Source: Candidatus Altiarchaeales archaeon ex4484_2 (GTDB lineage Archaea; Altiarchaeota; Altiarchaeia; IMC4; QMZM01). Taken from it: a DNA stretch of 64,000 bases. Shown here piece by piece: positions 26,171 through 36,091 of this stretch. Made by a program: the position numbers and the translations under genes. The stretch lies in the NCBI GenBank assembly GCA_002254565.1, contig NJEG01000018.1, forward strand, positions 1,088-65,087, in the 5' to 3' direction. Every line of letters begins with the position of its first letter. Within the stretch, counting starts at the first letter, position 1. Below the pieces are notes generated by a model. The model ran no database searches, was not told the DNA's origin, and saw nothing but the letters and a program-made list of their open reading frames with translations.

Positions 26171-27559
26171 TCAGGTTTTAAGGTCTTCGTGGATGCTTTG
26201 GGCTGCTCTCTTGCCTGCGGCCATGGCGCTTATTACAGTAGCAGCTCCGGTAACGATGTCCCCGCCCGCATAAACCCGTTCCAGGCTAGTACGACCATCC
26301 CGGCCCGCCTTAACATTACCCCTATCACTTACCTCCAGATCAGGGATCGTGGAAGGCAACAGAGGATTAGGTCCCTGACCAACTGCTATAATAACCGTGT
26401 CAAAATCCAAAACAAAATCTGAACCCTTAACCGGAACAGGACTCCTTCTGCCGGAGGAATCAGGCTCCCCCAACTCCATCCTAACACACCTCAAACCAGA
26501 CACGTTACCCTCACCATCACCCAGGAACTCCACAGGATTAGTCAAGTAATCAAACACCACACCCTCGCCCCTAGCATTAACAACCTCCTCCTGCCGGGCA
26601 GGCAACTCCCCCCCGCTCCTCCTGTAGACCACATGCACCTCCCCGGCTCCAAGTCTAAGAGCAGCTCTAGCGGAATCCATGGCCACATTACCCCCGCCAA
26701 CAACAGCCACCTTTGAGCCCACCCTAACAGGGGTATCATACTCTGGGAACAAATAAGCCTTCATCAGATTCACCCTAGTCAAAAACTCATTAGCACTATA
26801 TACACCATTAAGATTCTCCCCCGGAAGGCCTAAAAAATAAGGTAATCCCGCCCCAGAACCGATAAATATCGCATCAAAATCACGCCTTAAATCACTAAAC
26901 GATACTGTCCTGCCCACCAGAACATTAAGCCTGAACTCCACACCCAGCCTCTTTAGGTAATCTATCTCGCTGTCAACAACACTCTTGGGGAGGCGGAACT
27001 CAGGTATACCATACCTCAAAACACCACCCGGCTCATGAAGAGACTCGAATACAACAACGGAATAACCGTTTTTTATAAGCTCAGCTGCACAGGATAAGCC
27101 AGCCGGTCCGGAGCCGATGACAGCAACCCCCCCACTGGTAGAGAGGGGCGGTGAAGGAGATTCATCCACTCTATTTTTAATCAACCAGTCACCCACGAAA
27201 CGCTCCAGCCCGCCTACGGAAACAGGCTCAGCACCCATCTTGTTCAGAACACAATAAATCTCGCACTGGCTCTCCTGCGGACAAACCCGCCCACATACTG
27301 CTGGGAAGATGTTGCTTTCCCTTAACCTGTCAGCGGCCTTATCGAAGTCCTTCTCCTTTATGTGCTTAATAAAACCAGGTATGTCAACCCTAACCGGACA
27401 GCCCTCCATACAAGATGGATTACTACAGGATAGACACCTTGACGCCTCCCTTAAGACCTCATCTGCGGAGTAGCCTAAAGAAACCTCCCTGAAGTTTTTA
27501 ACCCGCTCCCCTGGATTCTGTTTACTTACCTGGGTTTTCTCACCAACACCATCCATCAT
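26171..27559 (-). CDS. GltD-like NAD(P)H oxidoreductase large subunit (NfnB/SudA family)
   Basis: N-terminal Fe-S Cys clusters (CLSCSNPSCMEGCP; CGRVCPQESQCE) and dinucleotide folds GSGPAGL and GGGNVAMD. Confidence 0.85.
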   Translation of the reverse strand: MMDGVGEKTQVSKQNPGERVKNFREVSLGYSADEVLREASRCLSCSNPSCMEGCPVRVDIPGFIKHIKEKDFDKAADRLRESNIFPAVCGRVCPQESQCEIYCVLNKMGAEPVSVGGLERFVGDWLIKNRVDESPSPPLSTSGGVAVIGSGPAGLSCAAELIKNGYSVVVFESLHEPGGVLRYGIPEFRLPKSVVDSEIDYLKRLGVEFRLNVLVGRTVSFSDLRRDFDAIFIGSGAGLPYFLGLPGENLNGVYSANEFLTRVNLMKAYLFPEYDTPVRVGSKVAVVGGGNVAMDSARAALRLGAGEVHVVYRRSGGELPARQEEVVNARGEGVVFDYLTNPVEFLGDGEGNVSGLRCVRMELGEPDSSGRRSPVPVKGSDFVLDFDTVIIAVGQGPNPLLPSTIPDLEVSDRGNVKAGRDGRTSLERVYAGGDIVTGAATVISAMAAGKRAAQSIHEDLKT

Positions 27560-28389
27560 TTACCACAAGCCTCCAGGTAACGTTTAAGTGAAAGCTCCTC
27601 CTGTCTTAGATAGAACCCATGCCTATGGAATAACTCATCGAAATCCACCTCATGGGCGTTGAATTCCGGGCCGTCAACGCATGCGAAACGTGTCTCGCCG
27701 TTAACTGTAACCCTGCAGGAGCCGCACATTCCGGTGCCGTCAACCATGATAGGGTTAAGGCTTACAACAGTCTCTATACCATACTCTTTGGTCAACCCGG
27801 ATACTGCGGACATCATAACCAGCGGCCCGATAGCAATAACCCGGTCCACCTTCAAGCCCCCGTCTATTAAATCCCGCAGCTGGTCCGTTACAAAACCCGC
27901 CCTCCCGCAGCTGCCGTCATCTGTTGTAACATAAAATGAATCAGATAATTCATCCATCCTCTCACGCCAGAACAACAATTCATCGCATCTGGCACCCAGT
28001 ATAGAGACAACACAGTTACCCTTATCAGCTAACGCCCTGGCTATCGGGTAGATGGGGGCTACACCAATACCACCGCCCACACACACCACAGTACCATACT
28101 CCCTAATCTTGGAAGGGTTGCCTAAGGGACCTAATAGATCAAGTAACTCATCCCCCACCTCAAAAGATGCCAGCTCTTTCGTGGACTTACCAACCTCTTG
28201 GAATATCAGGGAGATACTACCCGCCTCCACGTTCACATCAGCTACGGTTAGGGGGATTCTCTCTCCTCTCTCATGTATTCTCAGGATGATAAATTGCCCC
28301 GGCTGGTAGGATTGTGCTATCAGGGGAGACCTCACCTCCAACAAAACAGCTTCGCTGTGGACTCTTTCCCTGGACAGAATTTCGTTCAT
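27556..28389 (-). CDS. PyrK-like FAD/2Fe-2S small subunit (NfnA/SudB family)
   Basis: GGGIGVAPI and C-terminal CGSCRV...ACVDGPEF. 4-nt overlap with the partner gene. Start at ATG 28389 after GAGGGA. Confidence 0.85.
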   Translation of the reverse strand: MNEILSRERVHSEAVLLEVRSPLIAQSYQPGQFIILRIHERGERIPLTVADVNVEAGSISLIFQEVGKSTKELASFEVGDELLDLLGPLGNPSKIREYGTVVCVGGGIGVAPIYPIARALADKGNCVVSILGARCDELLFWRERMDELSDSFYVTTDDGSCGRAGFVTDQLRDLIDGGLKVDRVIAIGPLVMMSAVSGLTKEYGIETVVSLNPIMVDGTGMCGSCRVTVNGETRFACVDGPEFNAHEVDFDELFHRHGFYLRQEELSLKRYLEACGK

Positions 28390-28467
28390 AGCAGTCCCTC
28401 GGTTATATAATTTCAATTATAATATAATTATACTACACCAAATACAAATTGATTATGAGGCTAAAAT

Positions 28468-29367
28468 ATGACAACACTAAGGGAATACTTGGATAGCACC
28501 AGCTGTGAAGAAAAACTGAAGGACTTAATCGAGTTAGTCTCCGATCAGGCTATTCCGATAAGGAAGGCATTCATATCCAACCAGGAATACGTGGACAGCG
28601 AAAACATCTACGGAGAGAAACAGATAGCCCTGGATAAATGGTCCAACGAACACCTGATGAAGACCTTCAGGGAATCAAAGCTTGTGAAGGAGGCGGCCTC
28701 GGAGGAGGAGGCTGAGGTGGTGGAGTTCCCGGATGCTGAGGCCAGCTATGCTGTAACAATTGACCCCCTTGACGGCTCCTCGCTCGTTCAGGTCAACCTG
28801 GCTGTTGGAACAATAGTCGGAGTATACGAGAAAAGTGTGATGGAGGAGGGCAGGAACCTGAAGGCTGCATTCTACATGCTGTATGGGCCGTTGACTGTTT
28901 TGGGTTTGACTGTCCGAGAGGGTGTGCACTTTTTCGCTCTCAACGAGGAAAACGAGTACGTGATGACCCAAAAAGACGTCAGGATACCTGAGGGTAAACT
29001 GTATGCCAGCGGAGCATTGAAGAGAGACTGGCTTCCAGAGCACCAGAGATTCATAGAATACCTCGAAAAAGAAGGCTACAAGCTAAGATACTCAGGCTCC
29101 TTTGTAGCAGACGTCCACCAGTATCTTAAATATGGGGGCGTGTTCTCTTACCCAGCATATCGGGGGAAAGAAACAGGTAAACTAAGGCTGCTTTTTGAGG
29201 CCAACCCCATGGGCTTTATCGTATCCGAGGCAGGTGGGAGGATAAGTGATGGAAAAAAGAACCTGCTCGAAATCAGACCCGAGAAATTAGATCACAGAAT
29301 ACCTATTTATGTCGGAAGCAAGGGCATAATAGAAAAAATGGAAAACGAATATGATATAGAGGTTTAA
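28468..29367 (+). CDS. fbp: fructose-1,6-bisphosphatase class 1
   Basis: GEKQIALDKW, DPLDGSS, RYSGSFVADVHQ and GKLRLLFEANP signatures. Confidence 0.9.
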   Translation: MTTLREYLDSTSCEEKLKDLIELVSDQAIPIRKAFISNQEYVDSENIYGEKQIALDKWSNEHLMKTFRESKLVKEAASEEEAEVVEFPDAEASYAVTIDPLDGSSLVQVNLAVGTIVGVYEKSVMEEGRNLKAAFYMLYGPLTVLGLTVREGVHFFALNEENEYVMTQKDVRIPEGKLYASGALKRDWLPEHQRFIEYLEKEGYKLRYSGSFVADVHQYLKYGGVFSYPAYRGKETGKLRLLFEANPMGFIVSEAGGRISDGKKNLLEIRPEKLDHRIPIYVGSKGIIEKMENEYDIEV

Positions 29368-29372
29368 AAAAA

Positions 29373-30329
29373 ATGACTGGACATGAACCGATCTCAGGTA
29401 AAAAACTCTTTAAGCCATTGATTGATAGAGACTGTATTGTTATGGCAGCAAACACCCGCTACATCCCGGGGGTCGCGAAAGGCATACTACAGGCTGCTAA
29501 AGACACCAACAGCCCGATATTGAGTGAAATAGCCCGCTCAGAAAGCGATCTCAAGGGTGGATACACAGGATATACTCCAGCGGAATTCGCCGAAAAAATA
29601 ATGGATATAGCAAACGAGGTAGGCCTCAATAAATGGGTTCTTCACGCAGACCACATATCCGTCAAGAAAGGTGATAGGGAAACCATCGAGGGGACGAAGG
29701 AGCTGGTGAAATCACAGATTAAAGCAGGGTTCACATCTTTTGCAATAGACGCATCCCACATCTTCAACTTTGAGGGAGAAACAGTAAGGGAGGAATTAGA
29801 GGGCAACCTGGATGCGACAATCGAGATAGGTAGATTCATATCAAAGGAGATGGGATCGGAATCATATGGCCTGGAGGTTGAGGTAGGTGAAGTCGGCAGG
29901 AAAGATGAGGAAGGATTTATTCTCACAAGCCCCGAGCAGGCGTCTACATTCATATCAGAGCTCAACAATGCAGGAGTGGAACCGGATCTTCTGGCCACAG
30001 CCAACGGCTCCACCCACGGGAACATATATGATGAAAGGGGGGTGAAGATAGAGCAGGTTTCCATCGACATAGAGAGGACGAAGAATATAGCTAAGGCCCT
30101 AAGAGAGATGGGCTCGCATGTCAGAATAGCACAACACGGGATAACCGGAACGCCACTGCACCTGATTGCCACACAGTTCCCCAGGGGTGATGTTATAAAA
30201 GGCAACGTCGGAACTTTCTGGCAGAACATTGTCTGGGATATACTGAAGGTTTATGAAATAGACCTCTATGAAAAAATAGAGAAATGGGTTCTGGAGAAGT
30301 ATGCCGGTAAAGGAAAAAGAGTGCCTTGA
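29373..30329 (+). CDS. fba: class II fructose/tagatose-bisphosphate aldolase family protein; the C-terminus is probably frameshifted and may extend to 30382
   Basis: LHADH, AIDASH, NGSTHGN and AQHGITGTP metal/substrate blocks. See the finding on the A5 run at 30314-30318. Confidence 0.7.
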   Translation: MTGHEPISGKKLFKPLIDRDCIVMAANTRYIPGVAKGILQAAKDTNSPILSEIARSESDLKGGYTGYTPAEFAEKIMDIANEVGLNKWVLHADHISVKKGDRETIEGTKELVKSQIKAGFTSFAIDASHIFNFEGETVREELEGNLDATIEIGRFISKEMGSESYGLEVEVGEVGRKDEEGFILTSPEQASTFISELNNAGVEPDLLATANGSTHGNIYDERGVKIEQVSIDIERTKNIAKALREMGSHVRIAQHGITGTPLHLIATQFPRGDVIKGNVGTFWQNIVWDILKVYEIDLYEKIEKWVLEKYAGKGKRVP

Positions 30330-30378
30330 TGTTCTATAAGGCATTCAACAGCATAGGGAAGGCAGAGCACATAAAATT

Positions 30379-30639
30379 ATGATCGAAAACGCGTATCTGC
30401 AGGTGAAAAAGGCCTCCAGGGGCTATAAACCCGCCTGGAGGGAGATGGTGGAATCACTGTCTACGGGGATGATGGGAACCTCCCCCTCCGAGTTGAGGTA
30501 TATGCTAGCTGGTGGTATGCACCACAATAAGGGGGGAATAAGAAAGAGTGAGGTACTGCAGCACACCATCGGATTTTTCCTTATCCTCACAGGCTTATGC
30601 TTCACCTTCCTAGGAGCATATATCTATTTATTTCCGTGA
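30379..30639 (+). CDS. hypothetical small protein with C-terminal TM helix
   Basis: Its ATG forms an ATGA overlap with the stop of the shifted aldolase tail frame. No family recognised. Confidence 0.35.
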   Translation: MIENAYLQVKKASRGYKPAWREMVESLSTGMMGTSPSELRYMLAGGMHHNKGGIRKSEVLQHTIGFFLILTGLCFTFLGAYIYLFP

Positions 30640-30820
30640 AACCCATGTTCACCCTGATATTCGAGCCGTCCGTAACACATCATTTGTTCTTTTTTCTTCC
30701 CTTCAATTACCAGATGATTGCTCTCAGCGAAGCCGTAAAGATAAGGTGAACTAAGAAAAATCATCTCAAATTCTGGGGTATATAAAAGGAACAACTGGGT
30801 AATTACTTGATACACGCAAA

Positions 30821-32611
30821 ATGGATGTTGTAGGCATAGAGGGCTCCGTGCTTCTTCTGGACATAGGATTCGTAATCCTTTCAGCAACCATACTGGCGAT
30901 CATAGCACGGGCTCTGCGGCAGCCTCTCATCGTGGCCTACGTTCTGGCCGGGATAATAATCGGCCCCTGCGGCATGGGCCTGATAACAGAGAAGGAAGTA
31001 ATCAACGTTCTAGCAGAATTCGGGATAGCATTATTGCTGTTCATGGTCGGCCTGGAACTGGATTTTCGCAGACTCAAGGATGTGGGAAAAGTCTCACTCA
31101 CCTGCGGGCTGGGGCAGATAAGCATAACCTTCATCGCAGGATTCCTGCTGTCTAAATACCTGCTGATGAACATGAGCGGCTACACTGATCTATGGGCTTT
31201 CTATGTGGCCTTCGCCTTAACCATAAGCAGCACCATGATTGTGGTAAAACTCCTATCCGACATGAACGAACTGGACACCCTCCACGGGAAGATTGTTCTA
31301 GGAACACTGCTGGTGCAGGACATCGTCTCCATAATAGTGCTCGCCTCCCTCTCCTCACTAGACGGATTCTCCCCGGTAAACCTTATAAGCCCCATGCTCA
31401 ACGGAGTAGCCCTGGTAAGCATAGCCATCATCTCAGCCAGATACATTGGCCCCCCCACACTGCGTTATGTCGCAAAGTCTACAGAAATACTCTTCCTGTT
31501 CGCCCTATCATGGTGTCTGATATTCTCCTTCATCTCCCTTAAGATGGGATTCAAGACCGTAACCGTAGGAGCCTTCCTTGGAGGAGTGTCTCTAGCAATA
31601 TTCCCATACAACCTCGAAGTAATAAGTAGAATTAAGTCCCTCAGGGATTTCTTCGCCACCATATTCTTCGTGTCCCTGGGAATGCAGATAACATTCGACC
31701 CCAAGCTCCTGCCCCTGGGCTTGATTCTCTCCGCATTTGTCTTGTTCGGAAACGTCGCCATAGTTATGTTAATAAACCTCCTCTCAGGTTTCAGGAAGAG
31801 AACCTCGTTCCTGACCGCCATCTCCCTAGCCCAGATAAGCGAGTTCTCCCTGATAATCGTGGGAAACGGAGTCCTCCTAGGCCATATACAAGAGAGTATG
31901 CTCTCGCTGGTTACAATAATTGCGGTGGTGACCATAACAGTGAGCTCCTACTTTATCGTACACGGGGCTGGGTTCTACAAGAAAATGATTCCATTCCTCA
32001 ATCTTGTGGAAAGAATAGGAGACCATAAGATACGGGAACTGGAGAAGATACCGAAGAAATCCAGTAACCACATCATATTATGTGGATGTCACAGGATGGG
32101 CAAAATCATAATAGAAACCATTAAGGAAATGAAGAAAAACTACCTGGTGGTGGACATTAACCCCGAGCTGGTGAAGAAACTAATCGATGAAGGAGTACCC
32201 TGTATCTACGGCGACATCGGGGACAAGGAGATACTGGATAGAATTGATTTAAGGGATGCTGAGATTGTTATCTCGACCATACCAAACCACGAAGACAACC
32301 TGCTTCTTATCAGAGAGGTGAAGAAAGCCCGCCCAGAAACCATAGTTTTTATATCCGAGAAACATGTGGACAACGCCCTGGGGCTATACAATGAAGGCGC
32401 AGACTACGTTATTATTCCGGACATAGTGGGAGGTGAAAGAATTTCCGAGTACATGACGGAATACATAACAGACATCAAAGGTATAAAAGAAGCGAGAAAA
32501 AAACACATAAAGAAGCTTGAGGACATCAAGAGAGAGGAGAAACTTGGAAAATACGAGTACACCCTCCTAAAAGAGCTGGGGGGGAGATACAACAATGAAT
32601 CATTTAAATAA
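30821..32611 (+). CDS. Kef-type monovalent cation:proton antiporter (CPA2) with C-terminal RCK/TrkA-N domain
   Basis: Polytopic Na/H-exchanger-like N-terminal domain. C-terminal Rossmann IILCGCHRMGKII...VVDINPE. Confidence 0.85.
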   Translation: MDVVGIEGSVLLLDIGFVILSATILAIIARALRQPLIVAYVLAGIIIGPCGMGLITEKEVINVLAEFGIALLLFMVGLELDFRRLKDVGKVSLTCGLGQISITFIAGFLLSKYLLMNMSGYTDLWAFYVAFALTISSTMIVVKLLSDMNELDTLHGKIVLGTLLVQDIVSIIVLASLSSLDGFSPVNLISPMLNGVALVSIAIISARYIGPPTLRYVAKSTEILFLFALSWCLIFSFISLKMGFKTVTVGAFLGGVSLAIFPYNLEVISRIKSLRDFFATIFFVSLGMQITFDPKLLPLGLILSAFVLFGNVAIVMLINLLSGFRKRTSFLTAISLAQISEFSLIIVGNGVLLGHIQESMLSLVTIIAVVTITVSSYFIVHGAGFYKKMIPFLNLVERIGDHKIRELEKIPKKSSNHIILCGCHRMGKIIIETIKEMKKNYLVVDINPELVKKLIDEGVPCIYGDIGDKEILDRIDLRDAEIVISTIPNHEDNLLLIREVKKARPETIVFISEKHVDNALGLYNEGADYVIIPDIVGGERISEYMTEYITDIKGIKEARKKHIKKLEDIKREEKLGKYEYTLLKELGGRYNNESFK

Positions 32612-32652
32612 AAAAGTTGATTATAAAGTTAATAATTACTAATATTAAGAAT

Positions 32653-32832
32653 ATGGTTGCTTCAGTGGATAGAGATAAATGCATGTACTGCGGGGGTTGT
32701 GTCTCCATATGCCCCACGGATGCTCTTGAATTAATGGAGACATTCATCAAAGTAGATGAAGACACTTGTGTCGGATGTGGCTCATGTATCAGATTCTGCC
32801 CCGTAGGGGCATTATATGAGAAAGATGAATGA
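32653..32832 (+). CDS. 2x[4Fe-4S] ferredoxin
   Basis: CMYCGGCVSICP and CVGCGSCIRFCP. ATGA overlap with the reductase gene. Confidence 0.7.
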   Translation: MVASVDRDKCMYCGGCVSICPTDALELMETFIKVDEDTCVGCGSCIRFCPVGALYEKDE

Positions 32833-33860
32833 TGAACAGAGAATATGATGTAATTGTGGTGGGCGCCGGCCCGGCAGGGAGTATGGCAGCAAAGACTGTT
32901 GCTGAAGGGAAACACAGTGTTCTGGTATTGGACAAGAAACAGGAAATCGGAACACCCAAGAGATGCGCTGAGGGAATTAATGCAAGGGTGCTTGCATCTC
33001 TTGATATAAAACCTGACCCCCGATGGGCTATCAACAATATAAGGGGTGCTGTATGCTATTCACCGTCAGGAAATAGTGTAAATACCGATTTAGGAGCTAT
33101 GGGAGGATACGTGCTGGAGAGAAAGATATTCGAGAAACACCTGGCAACCCAAGCAATTAAGAAAGGAGCCAGGTACATGGTAAAAACCAACGCCAGAAAG
33201 GTTTTAAAGGAAAACGGATTTGTTAAGGGAGTGAAGGCAGACTACATGGGCGAGGAACTAGAGCTTAAATCCAGGATTGTTATAGCAGCAGACGGCGTGG
33301 ACTCGAAGATAGCCAGAGATGTTGGGATAGACACCAAAAATGTTCTCGAAGACTACCATTCCGGCTTCCAGTACGAGATGGCCGGCCTCAAACTGGAAGA
33401 GGAAGATAAGCTACACATCTATTTCGGCGAAAAAATAGCACCAAAGGGGTATGTGTGGATTTTTCCCAAAGGAGATAGCGTAGCTAACGTAGGGATAGGT
33501 ATACTAGGCAAACTCTCATCTGACGGTAATCGGGCGATAGACTACCTGGACCGCTTTATTGGATCACATCCCGAGATATTCCAAAATGCTTCACCCATAG
33601 AGATAAACGCTGGAGGTGTGCCGATGGGGTCCCCACTAGAGGATATGGTGGACAACGGGTTCATGGTTGTGGGAGACGCAGCCCACCATGTGAACCCCAT
33701 ACACGGCGGAGGGATTTCTCTGGCCATGGAGGCTGGCATGATAGCCGGGCAAGTGGCTTCTGAAGCGCTGGATAGGGGAGATGTTTCCAAGAAATCGCTT
33801 CAGGAATACCAGCGAAGATGGGAGGATAAATTCGACACCAAGCTGAAGAAGCTGATATAA
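32829..33860 (+). CDS. geranylgeranyl reductase family (digeranylgeranylglycerophospholipid reductase)
   Basis: VVGAGPAGS FAD fold, GDAAHHVNPIHGGGI. At 343 aa it is somewhat short; see the finding on 33860-33958. Confidence 0.85.
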   Translation: MMNREYDVIVVGAGPAGSMAAKTVAEGKHSVLVLDKKQEIGTPKRCAEGINARVLASLDIKPDPRWAINNIRGAVCYSPSGNSVNTDLGAMGGYVLERKIFEKHLATQAIKKGARYMVKTNARKVLKENGFVKGVKADYMGEELELKSRIVIAADGVDSKIARDVGIDTKNVLEDYHSGFQYEMAGLKLEEEDKLHIYFGEKIAPKGYVWIFPKGDSVANVGIGILGKLSSDGNRAIDYLDRFIGSHPEIFQNASPIEINAGGVPMGSPLEDMVDNGFMVVGDAAHHVNPIHGGGISLAMEAGMIAGQVASEALDRGDVSKKSLQEYQRRWEDKFDTKLKKLI

Positions 33861-33962
33861 TGAAGTTGACGGAATCCAAATACAAGTTTCTTATCAGGAT
33901 ACTGGCTAAAAACGCCCCCCACATGGCCCCACTAGCAAAGAAGTTCCTGAGTAAATAAAGAA

Positions 33963-34193
33963 ATGGACAGGGAAAAAATAAGGAAAGACGGGCTAAAGCT
34001 CATCGACGAGTTCTCTGAGATGCTCAAGGAGGTTAAGGAAACGGATGAAACCCACTACGTGGTTGACCTGAAAAACGTTACCAGAGATGATGGGAAACCA
34101 GAGAGGAAAAAAGAATTCCGTGAGAAGATGAGGAGGATAGCTCCCAGATGGGAGGACAACCACGTTATAGCTGAGAAAGGCCGTAAAGAATAG
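33963..34193 (+). CDS. GatC-like small protein (tentative)
   Basis: 76 aa. Helical N-terminus then DLKNVTRDDGKP...IAPRWEDNHVIAEKG, loosely like the GatC C-terminal region. Confidence 0.35.
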   Translation: MDREKIRKDGLKLIDEFSEMLKEVKETDETHYVVDLKNVTRDDGKPERKKEFREKMRRIAPRWEDNHVIAEKGRKE

Positions 34194-34365
34194 ATGTAAT
34201 CTCATGAAGAAGGGGGAATACTACCTCAAGTTCAGGGACCTGTTTATAGCAAGCTGGTTGGGTTCCGTTTTCGAGGAAGCCTACATCTATGTCCTAAGAT
34301 TTATTGTTTAGGTTGATGTTGAGGTAGTATCAATGCTTAAATATTCTTAAGTCCATATAGGGTAT

Positions 34366-35592
34366 ATGGATGCTGTTGTGTTAGCTGCCGGTGAAGGTGT
34401 GAGGATGAGGCCTCTGACCTCCACCAGGCCGAAGCCTATGCTCCCGGTTGCCGGGAAACCTATACTGGAGTGGGATTTGGAGGCGCTGGTGATAAACGGC
34501 TTCAGAAAGATTTACATGATTGTAGGCTACAGGAAAGAGAGCATTCAAGACTATTTCGGAGACAGCTTCAAGGGCATGGAAATAGATTATGTCTTCCAGG
34601 AAGAGCAGCTGGGAACAGGGCATGCTGTCTCGCTAGTTGAAGAAAAAGTAGGTGACTCCTTTCTGGTAATGAACGGTGACCTTCTAGTATCAGACCATCT
34701 TATAAAAAAATTTCTTGGAGACAACAGAAAACACAATACAAGAAACAGCATCTCTCTGGTTGAGGTAATAAATCCCTCAGAGTTTGGGATAGTTGATTTA
34801 GAAGATAATCTCGTTAATTCAATAACCGAGAAGCCTGAGAAACCCGAAAGCAATTTAGCGAATGCAGGAATCTATCTATTCAATAAAGAAATATTTAAGG
34901 CAATAAAAGAAATAAAGGAATCCACGAGAGCAGAATATGAGATAACCGATGCTATAAAAACCCTCCTGGACAAAGAGGAAGTCCACGGATTCAAGTGCGA
35001 GAGCAGGTGGATTGACGTGGGCAGGCCCTGGGATCTGCTTGATGCAAACGAGTTAATGCTTAAGGATCTGAAACTGGAATATGATAAGGAGGTAAAGATT
35101 GAAGAAAACACTACATTAAAGGGTGAGGTACATGTTGGGAAAGGTAGTGTAATAAAATCAGGTTCATACATTGAGGGACCAGCGTATATAGGCAGGGACT
35201 GCATAATTGGTCCGAACTGCTACATAAGACCATACACCCTACTAATGGACAACACCAGGGCAGGTAATGCTGTGGAGATAAAGAACTCCATAGTGATGTC
35301 AGAAACCAACATATGCCACCTCTCATATATAGGTGACTCAGTGATAGGTGAAGGCTGCAATCTCGGAGCGGGCACGAAGGTAGCTAACCTCAGATTCGAC
35401 CACGGGGACGTGAGGATGGAGATAAAAAACAAGCTCACCCCATCAGGAAGAAAAAAACTGGGGTGCATAATGGGAGACCACGTTAAGACTGGGATAAACG
35501 TGTCCATACTCCCCGGCAGATTGATATACCCCAACGCTTATGTGGAAGCAGGTAGTATCGTGAGAAATACAATCTACAGCGAAGAAGAATAA
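34366..35592 (+). CDS. bifunctional sugar-1-phosphate nucleotidylyltransferase/acetyltransferase (archaeal GlmU-like)
   Basis: LAAGEGVRMRPLTSTRPKPMLPV nucleotidyltransferase motif. C-terminal hexapeptide (left-handed beta-helix) repeats. Confidence 0.8.
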   Translation: MDAVVLAAGEGVRMRPLTSTRPKPMLPVAGKPILEWDLEALVINGFRKIYMIVGYRKESIQDYFGDSFKGMEIDYVFQEEQLGTGHAVSLVEEKVGDSFLVMNGDLLVSDHLIKKFLGDNRKHNTRNSISLVEVINPSEFGIVDLEDNLVNSITEKPEKPESNLANAGIYLFNKEIFKAIKEIKESTRAEYEITDAIKTLLDKEEVHGFKCESRWIDVGRPWDLLDANELMLKDLKLEYDKEVKIEENTTLKGEVHVGKGSVIKSGSYIEGPAYIGRDCIIGPNCYIRPYTLLMDNTRAGNAVEIKNSIVMSETNICHLSYIGDSVIGEGCNLGAGTKVANLRFDHGDVRMEIKNKLTPSGRKKLGCIMGDHVKTGINVSILPGRLIYPNAYVEAGSIVRNTIYSEEE

Positions 35593-35596
35593 AAAA

Positions 35597-36091
35597 ATGA
35601 TTGGAAGAAACAAGGTCTTCAAGGTCCTTCTGTTAACCACGATATTGCTTTCCCTGTCCCTGAGCGCCTCATCCGAGGATAAACTCAAACCGCTTCTGGA
35701 GGGGGCGTATAACTCAATAAAGGTTGTGGTAGATAATGTAGCTGGATTATTATTCGGCCTATTCCCAGGGATTAGGGAGTCACTTTACAGCCTTTTTTTC
35801 TGGGAACCGGAGGAGGAATACCTCTCTTGGGTCATCTCTTTGAGGTCTCTCTTCTGGCTTTTTTATATAGCAGCATTTATTGTTCTAATAGCCTTTCTCC
35901 TGCAGATATGGAGCATGTCCAAGCGATACCTTTACAATACAATAACAGGCATAGGTATTCTATTAATATGCATCCACCTTTTGGATGTGGAGATAGAATT
36001 CACACTACTGAACCTGATACTAGTCGTCTTGCTCGGCATCCCGGGAGCGCTTATTGTTATCGTGTTTCAGTATATTGGAATACCTATCTAA
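35597..36091 (+). CDS. hypothetical membrane protein
   Basis: Signal peptide plus about 3 TM helices. Confidence 0.5.
   Translation: MIGRNKVFKVLLLTTILLSLSLSASSEDKLKPLLEGAYNSIKVVVDNVAGLLFGLFPGIRESLYSLFFWEPEEEYLSWVISLRSLFWLFYIAAFIVLIAFLLQIWSMSKRYLYNTITGIGILLICIHLLDVEIEFTLLNLILVVLLGIPGALIVIVFQYIGIPI

Noticed and set aside
31152-31542. R/P-rich ORFs on both strands inside the Kef-type antiporter gene.
   Set aside because: These are alternative frames of a hydrophobic, relatively GC-rich membrane-protein gene. The main frame gives a continuous CPA2 plus RCK protein.
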